Positions 62,193 to 64,000 of a DNA stretch of 64,000 bases are shown piece by piece (position 1 is the stretch's first letter; the number at the start of each line of letters is the position of its first letter). The position numbers and the translations under genes are program-made. The notes under the pieces were generated by a model. That model had not been told where the DNA came from and did no database searches. It saw nothing but the letters and a program-made list of their open reading frames with translations. The stretch is from Tubiluchus corallicola (lineage: Eukaryota > Animalia > Priapulida). Location of the stretch: contig JAQGDQ010000696.1 in the NCBI GenBank assembly GCA_030141605.1, positions 1-64,000 on the forward strand, in the 5' to 3' direction.

Positions 62193-64000
62193 ATGGATAC
62201 TGATGGTGATCGAAGTCGTTGTAAAATATTCGCCATGAAATCTGATCAGACTAAATCTGCATTAGGCAACAGAAGTGAAGCGGAGCAAATAAAGATGGCT
62301 GTGCAAAAACGCGATAAGCCACCGTCTCAGCTTGTACTAACTGACCCACGCCGTAAACGATCACAAATCTGGGCTGGACACAAAACGTCAGATAGTGCTG
62401 TTGAAAGTGGTAGTTATAGCTCTAAAGATTCGCCTGCAGGTGGCAATGTTGAACACCACCCACAGGAAGTTTGGCAAGGTAGACAAGAATCACTGGGTGA
62501 CACAGACGATGTGTTTTTACCAGCAGCCCCTAGTCGTGTACAGGTGTGCACTCCATCTGGAGAGCATGTGTACAAGTCATTCCCTAGCGGTGTAGAGGAA
62601 GAAGATGTGCCAATGCAACAACATTTACAAGAACATCAAACAGAAGAGCAGATGAGTACGTTTGGACGAAATATGAATCGATTGTTTCTGCCTGTTCACA
62701 GCACAACCGTTTCTGTGCGCACAAGCTCAGGGAGTAGTCAAGGAGATGACAGCAGCAAGGATGAATTATCCCCATTACCGCAGTCACCGCTACCACAGTG
62801 CCCTATGATCTCGCCAGTTCGTAAACAATTCGATACGTTCTTTAGTCTTGAAGACATTCCAGTGACCCGCAGAAGCAGTTCGGCCAGCTACGAGGAGGAA
62901 CGCATAGAACCAGTACAGAGCCCTCGACATGAGCATCTAGTTGTAGACCAATCACAAACTGATGTGAGGTCTGTTAGTGGTGAATCGACTTCCTCCACTG
63001 AGTTGACAGCCAGGTCTCCTGATTTTAAGAGTAAAAAGGGCTATTTTAGTAAGAAAATTGGCCGGCTCATTGATACAGAACAATTTGATGTGTCTCCGCC
63101 AGGTAATAAGCCAAGTGAAGATGTTACATACAGTGTGCAGAGTGTAAAAACTCCTAAATCTCCTCGTGAAAGGGGTATCGTGATGACAGAGTCTTCGGAC
63201 TCTGCCTTTGTAGATGAACCCGAAGCGAGAATTACTGTTGCACTACCCACTACTCTTCGTTACCGTAGTTTTAGTGAACCGGGCGGTTTCTGTTTTCTCG
63301 CTTATGACTTGCCTAGAAGTGAGGTAGGTCAGAAACGAAGTGCCGAATTTGAGCAGTCTCCCGAGAGTGCAATTGACTCTAGTAAAATAGCACGAACTTT
63401 AGCTTCAGAGGACATTTTGAGACGTCAACAAAGTCTGCAGGCAGACGAAGAAGGACTGGGTGTAGAAATGTGTTTGGAAAGAGAGGGGGACGAGATCGAG
63501 CAGCGTGAAGACAGACCTGTTTATTTTATGAGACCGTGGCTTCTACCACCACCCCTCCCACCGTATCATAGCCTTCCAAGCTCACCTACGTTGAGCTACC
63601 TATCTATGTCACCTCGCGAACCTTATCCGTCTAGTGCTAGTAGTGGTGTTTTTACGTTTGGTACCCCTCCACAAGAACCTTCGCCTGTATTACCTGAAAG
63701 TGCCAACGCAGCAGATAGGACTGCTGTCAAATTTGCATTTCCAACTGCAGCAGATGAGACAAGTGTCTCATCTAGTGGTCAGTATTTAACCGTGCCACAG
63801 CAAAATGAATATTACACATCAGAACCCATCACTTGTCGTTATTCGGCTCCCAAACAGCAGACAGTGAAAATGTCTACATTAGAGGATCAAGAATACAGAA
63901 TTGATCCGCAAATAAAACTGGAGCCGGATGTAACGTACATGTGCCCCGTTTGTGGGCAAGCGTTTTCTATGTATGATAGACTGGCTAAACATATAGCTAG
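62193..64000 (+). CDS. klu: C2H2 zinc-finger transcription factor, Klumpfuss-like (EGR/WT1-related); 3'-truncated by the window edge
   Basis: Acceptor at 62156, in-frame TAA at 62160, ATG at 62193, then 602 uninterrupted codons (absent from the ORF track because there is no stop). Ser/Pro/acidic region ends in YMCPVCGQAFSMYDRLAKHIA, which resembles the first Klumpfuss finger (CPxCGQxFSLHDRLAKHMASRH) as recalled. CDS confidence is high, orthology moderate. Confidence 0.75.
   Translation, partial: MDTDGDRSRCKIFAMKSDQTKSALGNRSEAEQIKMAVQKRDKPPSQLVLTDPRRKRSQIWAGHKTSDSAVESGSYSSKDSPAGGNVEHHPQEVWQGRQESLGDTDDVFLPAAPSRVQVCTPSGEHVYKSFPSGVEEEDVPMQQHLQEHQTEEQMSTFGRNMNRLFLPVHSTTVSVRTSSGSSQGDDSSKDELSPLPQSPLPQCPMISPVRKQFDTFFSLEDIPVTRRSSSASYEEERIEPVQSPRHEHLVVDQSQTDVRSVSGESTSSTELTARSPDFKSKKGYFSKKIGRLIDTEQFDVSPPGNKPSEDVTYSVQSVKTPKSPRERGIVMTESSDSAFVDEPEARITVALPTTLRYRSFSEPGGFCFLAYDLPRSEVGQKRSAEFEQSPESAIDSSKIARTLASEDILRRQQSLQADEEGLGVEMCLEREGDEIEQREDRPVYFMRPWLLPPPLPPYHSLPSSPTLSYLSMSPREPYPSSASSGVFTFGTPPQEPSPVLPESANAADRTAVKFAFPTAADETSVSSSGQYLTVPQQNEYYTSEPITCRYSAPKQQTVKMSTLEDQEYRIDPQIKLEPDVTYMCPVCGQAFSMYDRLAKHIA

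Overview
AT-rich, intron-rich invertebrate (metazoan) genomic DNA, not prokaryotic. Six protein-coding genes were reconstructed by hand from GT-AG splice sites and phase continuity. (1) The 5' part of a bifunctional CoA synthase (COASY, minus, runs off the left edge). (2) Elongation factor 1-beta (plus, 6 exons, 206 aa). (3) A PP6 ankyrin-repeat subunit (ANKRD28/44/52 family, minus, 27 exons, 1041 aa). (4) PRPF31 (plus, CDS without introns). (5) Tubulin cofactor B (minus, 2 coding exons). (6) A long open exon of a Klumpfuss-like C2H2 zinc-finger factor running off the right edge. Introns and intergenic DNA carry decayed LINEs (RTE-X, CR1, RTE), tRNA-derived SINE heads, MITEs (hAT, Kolobok-like with TTAA duplications, Academ-like, pogo-like), a head-to-tail Helitron-like dimer and recent tandem duplications. 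I found no unambiguous new multi-gene system. The best leads are a minimal Penelope-type hammerhead ribozyme, the rolling-circle-style Helitron dimer, intron loss in PRPF31/TBCB next to an intron-rich gene, and a Klumpfuss-like factor with calcineurin/14-3-3-type motifs behind an inducible-looking promoter. All family assignments come from motif recognition; no database searches were run.
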